A stretch of DNA of 64,000 bases. Origin: Heterodontus francisci (taxonomy: Eukaryota). The stretch's first letter is position 1; every line of letters starts with the position of its first letter. Made by a program: the position numbers and the translations under genes. This document shows positions 38,100 through 49,775 of the stretch, piece by piece. The DNA lies in the NCBI RefSeq assembly GCF_036365525.1, contig NC_090403.1, positions 31,567,461-31,631,460 on the forward strand. Reading direction: 5' to 3'. The notes beneath the pieces are model-generated. The model saw nothing but the letters and a program-made list of their open reading frames with translations, did no database searches and had not been told where the DNA came from.

Positions 38100-40060
38100 A
38101 GGGTGGCTGGAAATGAGGTATTATGAGGTTGTCTCTTGCTTCCTGCGCAAGTCACTCAACCCGTCTAGCCTCCTGCACAGGGTCTTCATCATGCATTGCT
38201 GCTTGTCCCTCTCCCTGCTCTGTGTCCTCCTTGTTGGTGGATGAGTGTCACTCAGGCATATCATCCTCATGTATGGCCTCCCCCCTTTGCAGCGCTAGAT
38301 TGTGTGGAGCACAGCAGATTTACACAATACGCAATACCCTCACCGGGCCATATTGCAGGGATCCACCTGAACGCTCGAGGCAGAGGAATCTGATCTTCAG
38401 CAGCCCAATGGCCTGCTCGATGGTCACTTGGGTGGAGCCATGGCAATCATTGCACCTCTCCTCCGCTGCATTGCAAGGGTTCCTCATAGGTGTCAGAAGC
38501 CATGTTTTCAATAAGTACCCCTTGTCCCTGAGAATCCATCCCTGAAGGTGAGGAGGGAGCCATCAAAAGCTGTGGCACCTGGGAGTGCTGAAGTATGTAG
38601 GAGTTGTGACTTCCCATGTAGCGGGCACCCAACTGCAGGAAATATGGTTGTACACTAGTTGAACGTTGATTGAATGGAAACCCTTCCTGTTGATGAAGGC
38701 GGCTTGCTGCTCCATAGGAACCTTGATGGCCACATGAGTATTATCTATCACACCTTGCACTTGAGGGAATCCAGCAATGGCCCCAAAGCCGATAGCCTTC
38801 TTGGCCTGACTGTCAGGGTCGATCCAGTAGCAGACATCACCGGCCCTCTTGAGCAGGATGTTGGTCACCTCCTTGATGGAGCAGTGGGTTGCTGCCTGGG
38901 AGAGCCCACACATGTGAATCCCTGGAAAGATCCAGATGTGTAGGCGTTTAATGCAATGGTGATTTTCAGGGCCACTGGCATAGGATGACCCCAAAATCCC
39001 ATAGGTTGCAACTCAACCTGCAGCAGGGCGCATAAGACGATGACACCCTCCCTGGAGAGCCATAGGCTTCGCTGACAGTGGTGCTCGGACATTTGAGCCT
39101 GAATGTTACAGCCCCCAAATGAGGGGGCTGGCGGCGGGGGAGGGGGGGGGGTGGGGAGAGCGTAAAATTAAGTTGTAAGTGGGAGGGCTATTCCCGATCC
39201 CCTCTCGCCCTTGCTGCAATTTTACACAGAGCGATGGTGGCGGCAATGGCCCACTCGCCCCAGGCCAATCAAGGCCCTTAAGTGGCTAATTAACTGGCGC
39301 TTAAGGGCCTCCTCCCGCCGCTGCGGGTTCTTTACCCTTTGTGGCCGGACGGCAAAAGCCTCAAGAACACTGCCTGGTAAAACAAGATGGCCTTCTTGCG
39401 AGCTGGGGAGGGGCCCTCCTGATCGGGCACCATGCGCCACACGGAGGGCTGCCCCTAAAGCTCCAACTGCCCCCAACGCACAACAATCCCCCCGCCCCCC
39501 TAACTGATCCCCCTTGCCTCATCGGAGCCCGACCGATTGTCCCCGGTGAGGCTCTAAAAACTTATCTGTCGTCCGGGGCCATTCTTCACCTTGCTTGTGA
39601 TGGCTGGGTGTAGTCCCAGCAATGACCACCGCTCCTGATGGTGCTGCTGGTACTAAGAGCTGCCAGCCCGCTAATTGGCCGGCAGCTCCATTAGGCAGGA
39701 CTTCATGCCTCAAGGAGGTGGAAGTCCCACCAAAGACCAATTAAAGGCCTGGGGAACGAAAAACCCCAGCCTGGCTCCCCTGCCTGGCGGAGGCGGGCTC
39801 GCCACTGACTTTTCAGCCGGTGGGCAGGACCTCCCGTGGAACAAAAAATTCCAGCCTTGGAGTTAGCTGATCCAAGTCCGGCACACTCTTTAGTGCAGGT
39901 GGGCCCTCTTGGCAAGGCTGGCTGCCAGTGCTCTCATCGTGGAACTTCACAGACAGGCACAGCTGCCTCTTAGCCCACTCTCTATCGGAGGCGCCGCATC
40001 ACGCCATGCGGGCCCAGCAATATAGGGTGTATGAGACCCATGCCAGGTGACCTGTGGGCT
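38100..40060 (-). pseudogene. Harbinger (HARBI1-like) DDE transposase, interrupted by a MITE
   Basis: LKITIALNAYTSGSFQ, GFPQVQGVIDNTHVAI, FINRKGFHSINVQLV, TWLLTP, IEQAIGLLKIRF.CL. Confidence 0.92.
39096..39856. mobile_element. Harbinger-type MITE nested in the transposase
   Basis: TTG duplicated at 39093-39095 and 39857-39859; imperfect TIRs agcctgaatgt / aaattccagcc. Confidence 0.88.
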
Positions 40061-40688
40061 TGCAAAGCGCTGTCCAAACAGAGATGGCCCTGCCTTTAAA
40101 CTGAAGATCTGACAATTCTCTCGGTGGAGTTGCTGATGGACCTCAGAGCCCAATCTTAATTATAGCCCACCCTCTGTTCCAGCAATGTGAACAACCAAAC
40201 CCATCTCACAACAGTCTGTTAACCCTATACTAACCTCCACCCCAAACCCACACTTAACCCCTTTGCAGAGCCCCCAGGACTCTGGACCCCCTTGCTGAGC
40301 CCCCGGGCAGATGGTTGTGATGCAATTGTCCATTCCCCCCATGCCACCACACCTACCCTCAATGGCCGCATTAAATTCAGCCCAGGATGTTTATTTTGCA
40401 AATTGTGTTCTCAGCAGGAAAGCATACATATTTGCTAAATTGTCAGTGGAGCAATCACAGTATTAACATTCCTAATGTTAATATCACAGTAAGCGTAAGT
40501 ACTGCAGTTAGTGTTTAGTGTACGGTAGAATTCCCAGGATAGTTCAATACAAACACTGGGCTATACCTCCCACGCTGTTGTACGTGGTGGGTGAAGACCA
40601 AGTGTAGCCTCAGGTGAATAGGTTAGAGGGTTGGGGACAATTGTACCAAACATAAATTCAATCCCCGATGTAAAGTCTCTGAGGTATA

Positions 40689-40817
40689 CTGATTGTACTA
40701 ACCATGTGGAAAGTACCAATCACATGGATTGTACCAACCACATGGATCATACCAGCCATATATTTGCACCAGCCTTATGGATTATATCAGTTGTATAGAT
40801 TGTACCAGCCACGTGGA
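40689..40817. repeat. Degenerate 18-bp minisatellite (ggattgtaccaaccacat), about 7 units
   Basis: Directly visible tandem units. Confidence 0.7.
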
Positions 40818-42919
40818 ACTGGCAGCTATGTTGTCACATGATAGTAAGGACACTAACACAATAATGTTTCTGCTATTTAGATCCTGAATAATGACATAGT
40901 TACTGTGTGTATAATTATTATTATGGAATTTAATTACTTTTATAAATAAAGCTTTTGCTTATTCTGACATGATGTCATTACAGCTGATGATCAAATATGG
41001 TCTCTCTACCTCCACCCTCATGCGCTATCAGTTTTAGGATCTGAATGCATTGTGTTTCATTATTCGATAGTTACAGACTTATCCTTCTGGCGATGTTTAA
41101 CTTTGAGTATTATAGCACTGAGAAATCTGTTTTAAAGACCCCCTGTATATAAAGTCCACCAATTTATCGTGAACATCTAATCACTGCTCAGCCACATGCG
41201 ATATTGATTAATAAGACTTGGGACAGCTAAATCAGTCCCAGAATTGATGGCTATGAAGCAATTTCATAGCGTTTTTCATAAAATGTAAGGAACCCTTTTC
41301 TTAAATCTTCAGTTGAAGTGTTTTGCGAATGTATCAAAAAATAAATAATAGCAAAACCTTTTACTTGTGAGGATTTTCATTTCATTGATCTTTGGGGAGG
41401 TAATAATAATCTGTAAGATTCAAATTGCCATATATATTTTGCAGTCAATTTAATTACCACTAGAACCATAGAAAAATTAGGGCACAGAAGGAGGCCATTC
41501 AGCCTGTCGTGTCCATGCTGGCTAGCTCTGTACAATCAAAATCCCTGGAGATAATGGCAAGAGATTTGAGCACAACTCAGAATTAAAAACCATTACATTA
41601 AAGTATAAGTTTGGTAGAAAACAGTGCTGTTGCAAGGATCAAGGCTGATAATAGGCTGATGATAGTGTTGAAAAAGTCTGGCTCGTAATCATTATTTATG
41701 AGATTAAACCTACCATCCTTTCCTGTAGAGCTGTTATTGGCAATTATTCGGCAGCAATTAGTGATGATTCCGTAGCCCAAGAAGGTGATAATTAGCAGCA
41801 GTAAAAATACAAATGATAACTAACTTAAGTCAATTATTACATAACAGCCTGCACTATACAACAGTCTCCAGGATGCATTGGGAGGTGAACCCATGTAATG
41901 AATGGAGCATGATAACACCACCGATGGTGTGTTAAGAGAACATCATCACTAATGTAACAGAATGTCATAAGTAATGGTACAATTATGTTGCAGAATCTCA
42001 TCTTGGAATTAGTTGTGCATTGTGCAAATTCAGCCCATTTACATTGCCTGCTAGATTGCATACACCATCTGCAGTACTGAAAGAGCTCTGCAAGAGCAAT
42101 TGTTCACAAATCACTATTGTAGACTTTATGGGGATACTTTTAATCTAACTCTTGGGATGGGGATCCCATGAAGACAGCTGTAATGCTAGCTTTATACACC
42201 ACCATTATTGCTCTCCATTTCTCCCCAGCATCTCATACATGGGGTAAATGACATAAAAGCTCCAAAGGACTTTTATTACTGGATTAAAAAACTCAGGTCC
42301 CATGAACTACCTACAAATGCTATTCTATCAATTTCAAAAGGTGGAAAATATCACACCAGCCAACCATTATGCTTCCATTGAAATTAGCAGTTCAATTTAT
42401 TTACAAGGAAGATAATTAAAAGTAAAATTATTTACAAGTAAGTAGAATTTCAGCCCCCATAACTCCAGACTTATTATGATAAACAAAACTAGAGATCCAC
42501 ACAACTTCAGAAAGAGAGTGAGAATCTGGATTCAGATATATATAAGCAATTTATTGACCTCGAATTCAACTTAGACATTTGATTATAATTACCCAGATTC
42601 CCACAGGGAGTAGTTGAGTAATGGCCTTAAGGGACAGGCCAATAAAACATTACAGTTCTTCCCCACATCTCAGACTAGCTTTGAGCTTTGCTAATATAGC
42701 TAGTGATGAATGAGCAATAGGCTGGGATCAAGCCAAGGAGGTTCAGATGATATCCATTGATACTGTTTCTTTTGTTTCCTTGTTGTGTCATGTCTGAAGA
42801 CCTTGACTGAATTGCTACTTGAATGAAATAGAAATTACAATGTAGAAGTAAGCAGTTTGGCCCGACCAGTCTGTCATCCTATTGTCCATAATACCGCCTA
42901 AAATTAATAATTCACTGAA

Positions 42920-43215
42920 ACACATCTAGAATGAAGGGGCATAATCTTTAAATTAGAGTCAGGTCATTTGAGTGTAATCAGGAAGCACTTCTCCACACAA
43001 AGCACAGGACAGATCTAGAAGTCTTTCCACCAAAAGGCAATGAATACTGGATGAATTGAAACTTTCAAGACTGAGATTGATGGGTTTCTGTTGGATAAGC
43101 GCATCAAGGGATATGGATAAAGGGCAGGTAAATGGGGTTGAAGTACAGTTTAGTCATGATCTAATTGAATGGTGGCACAAGCTCAAGGGGTTAATGGCCT
43201 ACTCCTGTTACGATG
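42920..43215 (+). mobile_element. CR1 LINE 3' end
   Basis: ttcaagactgagattgat...catgatctaattgaatgg...atggcctactcctg. Confidence 0.75.
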
Positions 43216-43224
43216 TTGCTATGT

Positions 43225-43355
43225 TGTTTGTGGGACCTTGCTGTGAAAAAATTGGCTGCCACATTTCTTACTTTACAACACTGACTACACTTCAAAAGTA
43301 CTTTATTAGCTGTAAAGCACTTTGGGACATCCTGAGGTCATGTAAATGCAGTTCT
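43225..43355 (+). mobile_element. Deu-domain SINE 3' fragment
   Basis: tgtttgtgggaccttgctgtg...gtaaagcactttgggacatcctgagg. Confidence 0.7.
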
Positions 43356-43950
43356 TTAACTCTACTGCTGCTATGACATCATGTATGTCACCAGTACAAG
43401 TCCAAAGAAAAAGGTAGCAATGCTTTTATTGCTGGTGAGCAAGAACAAGTGAAATAGCCATCCTCATGAAGAAATAACATAAATGATAGACTGATACTAC
43501 CTTAATGCAATACAAATTGTTTCATCAATCGTGATTTTGGCAAAAATAGATACAAGGGCGGACAATGCTTTTTTTTCAAAAATTGTGTTTCTTCAAGGAA
43601 TATTGTGGCTTTTCAGTATAATGTAAGAATTAGAACAAGACAGCAGATTGAGAAATAATTAATGCAGTGAGTTAAGAAATTTGCTATTATGCCACATATT
43701 CCTTTTTTCAGTTCGATATTGTAGCATTCAGTATTGGGAATGAGCAGCCAAAGGTGCAAAGAATATTTTGCACTTAGAAATAGTATTCAACAGACTTTAG
43801 TTACTCAAGTGTCCAAGGGCCTCATTATTTGACTCCCTATATTTGGTTAATTCCAAACCCCCCTCCCCTCACCCCCATGTGCAATTAAAAAGGTTTTGGT
43901 GATGGAGTTTGATTTTTGCTATTATTGTTGGGTCGGGATGGTCTCGTTGA

Positions 43951-44045
43951 GGGGTAGGTGTTGGCCTAGTGGTATTATCACTGGACTAGTAACCCAAACT
44001 GCCAGGGTATTTCTCTGGGGACATGGGTTCGAATCCCACCACAGC
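43951..44045 (+). promoter_or_regulatory. tRNA-like type 2 RNA polymerase III internal promoter
   Basis: TGGCCTAGTGG and GGTTCGAATCC match A/B box consensus; anticodon-like arm ctggactagtaaccca between them. Confidence 0.75.
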
Positions 44046-45855
44046 AGAAGGTGGAATTTGAAGTTAATTAATAAATTTGGAATTAAAAGCTAGTCTAATG
44101 ATGGCCATGAAACCATTGTCGATTGTTATAAAAACCCATCTGGATCACTAATGTCCTTTAGGGAAGGAAATCTGCTGTCCTTACCTGGTCTGGCTGATAT
44201 GTGACTCCAGACCCACAGCAATGTGGTTAACTCTTACATGCCCTCTGAAATGGCCGAGCAAGCCACTCAGTTGTACCAAACCGCTACGAAGTCAATAAAA
44301 AGGAATGAAACCAGACGGACCACTCGGCATCAACCTAGGCACCGGAAACGACAACGGCAAACCCAGCCCTGTCGACCCTGCAAAGTCCTCCTTACTAACA
44401 TCTGGGGGCTTGTGCAAAAGTTGGGCGAGCTGTCCCACAGACTAGTCAAGCAACAGCCTGACATAGTCATACTCACGGAATCATACCTTACAGACAATGT
44501 CCCAGACACTGCCATCACCATCCCTGGGTATGTCCTGTCCCACCGGCAGGACAGACCCACCAGAGGTGGTGGCACAGTGGTATACAGTAGGGAAGGCGTT
44601 GCCCTGGGAGTCCTCAACATCGACTCTGGACCCCATGAAGTCTCATGGCATCAGGTCAAACATGGGCAAGGTAACCTCCTACTGATTACCACCTACTGCC
44701 CTCCCTCAGCTGATGACTCAGTACTCCTCCATGTTGAACACCACTTGGAGGAAGCAGTGAGGTGGCAAGGGCACAAAATGTACTCTGGGTGGGGGACTTC
44801 AATGTCCATCACCAAGAGTGGCTCGGTAGCACCACTACTGAGCGAGCTGGCCGAGTCCTAAAGGACACAGCTGCTAGACTGGGTCTGCGGCAGGTGGTTG
44901 GGGAACCAACACGAGGGAAAAACATACTTGACCTCGTCCTCACCAATCTGCCTGCCGCAGATGCTTCTGTCCATGACAGTATTGGTAGGAGTGACCAAGG
45001 AGAGTCCTTGTGGAGACAAAGTCCCGCCTTCACATTGAGGATACCGTCCACCGTGTTGTGTGGCACTATCACCGTGCTAAATGGGATAGATTTCGAACAG
45101 ATCTAGCAATGCAAAACTGGGCATCCATGAGGCGCTGTGGGCCATCAGCAGCAGCAGAATTGTACTCAACCACAATCTGTAACCTGCATATCCCCCACTC
45201 TACCATTACCATCAAGCCAGGAGACCAACCCTGGTTCAATGAAGAGTGCAGGAGGGCATGCCATGAGCAGCACCAGGCATACCTCAAAATGAGGTGTCAA
45301 CCTGGTGAAGCTACAACCCAGGACTACTTGCATGCCAAACTGCGCAAGTAGCATGCGATAGACAGAGCTAAGCGATCCCATAACCAACGGATAAGATCTA
45401 AGCTCTGCAGTCCTGCCACATCCAGCCGTGAATGGTGGTGGACAATTAAACAACTAACTGGAGGAGGTGGCTCCACAAATATCCCCATCCTCAATGACGG
45501 GGGAGCCCAACACATCTGTGCGAAAGATAAGGCTGAAGCATTTGCAACAATCTTCAGCCAGGAGTGCCGAGTTGGTGCTGAACATTGTGCAATCATCAGC
45601 GAACATCCCCACTTCTGACCTTATGATTGATGGAAGGTCATTGATGAAGCAGCTGAAGATGGTTGGGCCTAGGACACTACCCTAAGGAACTCCTGCAGTG
45701 ATGTCCTGGAGCTCAGATGATTGACCTCCAACAACCATGATCCATCTCGGCCTCCTCCGGAAGTCCCCAGCATTACAGATGCCAGACTTCAGCCAATTCT
45801 ATTCACTCCGCGTGATATCAAGAAATGACTGAAGGCACTGGAAACTGCAAAAGCT

Positions 45856-47343
45856 ATGGGCCCTGACAATATTATGGCAATAGTACTGAAGACCTGTGCT
45901 CCAGAACTTGCCGCGCCCCTAACCAAGCTGTTCCAGTACTGCTACAACACTGGCATCTACCCTGCAATGTGGAAAATTGCCCAGGTATGTCCTGTACACA
46001 AAAAGCAGGACAAGTCCGAACCGGCCAATTACCGCCCCATCAGCCTACTCTCAATCATCAGTAAAGTGATGGAAGGTGTCATCAACAGTGCCATCAAGCA
46101 GCACTTTCTTAGCAATAACCTGCTCAGTGATGCTCAGTTTGGGTTCCGCCAGGGCCACTCAGCCCCTGACCTCATTACAACCTTGGTTCAAACATGGACA
46201 AAAGAGCTGAACTCAAGAGGTGAGGTGAGAGTGACTGTCCTTGACATCAAGGCAGCATTTGACCGAGTATGGCATCAAGGAGTCCTAGCAAAACTGAGGT
46301 CAATGGGAATCAAGGGGAAAACCCTCCACTGGCTGGAGTCATACCTAGCGCAAAGGAAGATGGTTGTGGTTGCTGGAGGTCAATCATCTGAGCTCCAGGA
46401 CATCACTGCAGGAGTTCCTCAGGGTAGTGTCCTGGGCCCAACCATCTTCAGCTGCTTCATCAATGACCTTCCTTCAATCATAAGGTCAGAAGTGGGGATG
46501 TTCGCTGATGATTGCACAATGTTCAGCACCATTCGTGACTCCTCAGATACTGAAGCAGTCCGTGTAGAAATGCAGCAAGACCTGGACAATATCCAGGCTT
46601 GGGCTGATAAGTGGCAAGTAACATTCGCGCCACACAAGTGCCAGGCAATGACCATCTCCAGCAAGAGAGAATCTAACCATCTCCCCTTGACATTCAATGG
46701 CATTACCATCGCTGAATCCCCCACTATCAACATCCTAGGGGCTGCCATTGACCAGAAACTGAACTGGAGTAGCCAAATAAATACCGTGGCTACAAGAGCA
46801 AGTCAGAGGCTAGGAGTCCTGAGGCGAGTAACTCACCTCCTGACTCCCCAAAGCATGTCCACCACCTACAAGGCACAAGTCAGGAGTGTGATGGAATACT
46901 CTTCACTTGCCTGGATGGGGATGGGTGCAGCTCCAATAACACTCAAGAAGCTCGACACCATCCAGGACAAAGCAGCCCGCTTGATTGGCACCCCATCTAC
47001 AAACATTCACTCCCTCCACCACCGACGCACAGTGGCAGCAGTGTGTACCATCTACAGGATGCACTGCAGCAATGCACCAAGGCTCCTTGGACAGCACCTT
47101 CCAAACCCGCGACCTCTACCAACTAGAAGGACAAGGGCAGCAAATACATGGGAACACCACCACCTGCAAGTTCCCCTCCAAGTCACACACCATCCTGACT
47201 TGGAACTATATCGCTGTTCCTTCACTGTCGCTGGGTCAAAATCCTGGAACTCCCTTCCTAACAGCACTGTGGGTGTATCTACCCCACATGGATTGCAGCA
47301 GTTCAAGAAGGCAGCTCACCACCACCTTCTCAAGGGCAATTAG
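45856..47343 (+). CDS. Non-LTR reverse transcriptase domain and C-terminus
   Basis: GPD, YRPISLLS, QFGFR, LDIKAAFDRV, GVPQGSVLGP, FADD, ILG motifs. Confidence 0.95.
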   Translation: MGPDNIMAIVLKTCAPELAAPLTKLFQYCYNTGIYPAMWKIAQVCPVHKKQDKSEPANYRPISLLSIISKVMEGVINSAIKQHFLSNNLLSDAQFGFRQGHSAPDLITTLVQTWTKELNSRGEVRVTVLDIKAAFDRVWHQGVLAKLRSMGIKGKTLHWLESYLAQRKMVVVAGGQSSELQDITAGVPQGSVLGPTIFSCFINDLPSIIRSEVGMFADDCTMFSTIRDSSDTEAVRVEMQQDLDNIQAWADKWQVTFAPHKCQAMTISSKRESNHLPLTFNGITIAESPTINILGAAIDQKLNWSSQINTVATRASQRLGVLRRVTHLLTPQSMSTTYKAQVRSVMEYSSLAWMGMGAAPITLKKLDTIQDKAARLIGTPSTNIHSLHHRRTVAAVCTIYRMHCSNAPRLLGQHLPNPRPLPTRRTRAANTWEHHHLQVPLQVTHHPDLELYRCSFTVAGSKSWNSLPNSTVGVSTPHGLQQFKKAAHHHLLKGN

Positions 47344-48034
47344 GGATGGGCAATAAATGCTGGCCTGGCCAGTGACGCCTACATCCCATGAATGAATTTT
47401 AAAAAAACTTTTCTTTCTTTTGTTGTGCTTAGCGCAAATATGTTTGGCTTTTATTCTGGAGTTAGATTGATGAGTGCATGTTTTTGTGGAGTGTGAGGTG
47501 CAGCTATAGTTGCTTCAGCATCACAGTGGAGTAACATTACCAGAGTTATTCTGAAGTAAGCATCTGCAATTGGAACAAAAATGTTGCCTTACCCTTTCCA
47601 TAGACAGGAATGGTGTGCTTGCTCCCATGCCATTTCATGTATTGATTTGGGCTATGGTCTGTATCTGAGGCAATATTGCACTTAGCCTGTCCATAGCAAT
47701 ACCATTCTGATGTCTTTTTCACTACCTATAGCCTAGGCTTTCTGGATCATACAGGAACATCGAAAGGAACATAGCAACAGGAGTAAGCCATTTATCCCCT
47801 TGAGCCCATTTTACCATTCAATTAGATCGTGACTGGTCTGTATCCATCTTTTATAAGACCATTTTGGGTTAGCCACGGAGCAGGGCTACTGCCTACCCAT
47901 GTGATTCTGCCATTAATGTGCTGCACTTTTCTCCCAGCACCCTCATTAGCTATGTGGATAGGTTGGAAATATTAGGTATCCTCCATACACTTGAGCACAT
48001 CCAAAACTCTGCTGCCCATATTCTATCTTGCACC

Positions 48035-48505
48035 AAATCCTGTTGACCAATCATTCCTGCACTCGTTGACCTCCATTGGCTCTCCGGTTTGTCAATGCCT
48101 TGATTTTAAAACTCCTTTCCTCGTTTTCAAATCCCTCCATGGCCTTTCAAATCTCTCCCTGTTTCTGTAACCTCCCCCAGCCCTAGATCCCTCCAAGATC
48201 TCTCCATTCCTCTAATTCTGGCCTCTTGCACATCCCAGATTTTAATCACTTCACCATTGGTGGCTATGCTTCCAGCTGCCCAGGCCCTAAGCTCTGGAGT
48301 TCCCTCCCTAAACCTCTTCGCATCACCACCTCTCTCTCATCCTTTAACATGCTCTTTCAAACCTATCTCTTTGATGAAGCTTTTAATCACCTTTCCTAAT
48401 AGCTCCTTATGAGGCTTCGTGTCAAATTCTGTTTGATAATGTTCCTGTAAAGCACCTTGGGATGTTTTGCTATGTTAAAGGTGCTATATAAATGCAAGTT
48501 GTTGT
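48035..48505 (+). mobile_element. L2-like LINE 3' end
   Basis: LH/W.L region (gacctccattggctc), ctctggagttccctccctaaac, tail taaagcaccttgggatg...gctatataaatgcaagttgttg. Confidence 0.75.
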
Positions 48506-49004
48506 CTGTATTGACTCAGGCCAGTAGCATGTGACCAGCACACGTGGGCTGCAAGGATTGGGTGCAGAGATCACTGTTTCTCAGAGGGTGGCATTGAGCC
48601 TGCTTCCTTAATGGCCCTGCCAATGTTTATACTGCTTACATATAAGTGATGCTCAGACTTTGGCCAGGCACCCCTTACCACTGCAAGAGAATGGCTGCTG
48701 GAAGTTGGTCCCTCCAGGACAGTAGCTACCTGGAGACAAGAGTTACCACTAAGGGATCATCCGAGCCGTTCACCTCTCAATTTCATCTCACTCAGGAAGC
48801 ACCTTCAGTAAAGTAGTGGTTTCGGAGCACAAACAAGCAAGTTAGTTGGCATAATTGATAGACACAGTGAAAAGTAGTTGTAGGTATTAAAATTTTGGCA
48901 CCTTCTGGAGAATATATTGGCATATTAGGTAAAAGAGGGGAGGGGAAGTGAGAAGGGAACTTTTAAGATCAAGCTCTGGTTTTAAACGGCAAAAGTTTGT
49001 ATGT

Positions 49005-49140
49005 TTGTATAGGGTATCAGAGGTAGGCAGGAAAGTGAATTTGAGGCCATAATCAGATCAGCCATGATCTTATTAAATGGTGGAGCAGGCTCTAAGGGGC
49101 CGAATGGCCTACTCTTGCTCCTAATTTGTATGTTTGTAGT
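49005..49140 (+). mobile_element. CR1 LINE 3' tail
   Basis: cagatcagccatgatcttatt.aatggtggagcaggc...gaatggcctactc. Confidence 0.75.
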
Positions 49141-49449
49141 TCTACATTGCAAGATCATTCACCTTCTGATGGGCCATAATTCATGTATGTGAATTTGCTA
49201 GAATTTCTAGTTTAGGCAAACCTGCCCTGACGTTGGACTTTTTGCTGTGACTTTTAGCTTCTGCCATACCTCGGTATTCTTGTACTGAGCGCAGGCCCCT
49301 CTTATGCTTTCTGTACAGTCTTTTTGTCTTCTGTTCTACGGCTTTTGCATTTTACAGTGCCCCTGGTTTTAAAAGTTTTCAAAGAGAAATGGTGTTCAAT
49401 ATCCATAGTTTACCATCACACATAATTCATCCATGATTTAAATAATTGC

Positions 49450-49775
49450 AAGACAACATAGCAAATAGATACACGATTTAGCCCCTTGAATCCACTCCAC
49501 CATTTAGTTAGATCATGGCTGAATTGATCCACAACTCCATTTACCACTTAGTTCCTTATCTCTTGATACCCTTACCTAAGAAAAATCAATGGATCTCAGT
49601 TTTGGCATTTCAATTGTCCCCGGTATCCATAGATCTTTGGCGTAAAGAGTTCCAGATTTCTCATTTCTGCTGGAAGATCTGAAATGTTAACTTCGTTCTC
49701 TCCCCACAATTGCTGCCTGACCTGCTGTGCCTTTCTATCATTTTCCATGCTTACTCCAGATTTATAACCTTCGTG
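49450..49775. mobile_element. CR1 tail (-) followed by Penelope terminal fragment (+)
   Basis: ttagatcatggctga...; ctgaaatgttaac..ctctccccaca..tgctgcctgacctgctg is the reverse of 32150-32202. Confidence 0.6.

Larger units (their letters stand above)
35782..40383. mobile_element. Decayed PIF/Harbinger DNA transposon (copy 2) with perfect 15-bp TIRs
   Basis: GGGCTGAATTTAATG at 35782-35796 and CATTAAATTCAGCCC at 40369-40383; Myb/SANT gene +, transposase -. Confidence 0.92.
43951..47407 (+). mobile_element. Near full-length single-ORF LINE (APE + RT, CR1 group) with tRNA-derived 5' head; inactivated by frameshifts, stops and an inverted insert
   Basis: A box 43962-43972, B box 44026-44036, APE in 44223-45100, RT 45856-47343, short 3' UTR with A tail. 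Confidence 0.95.
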
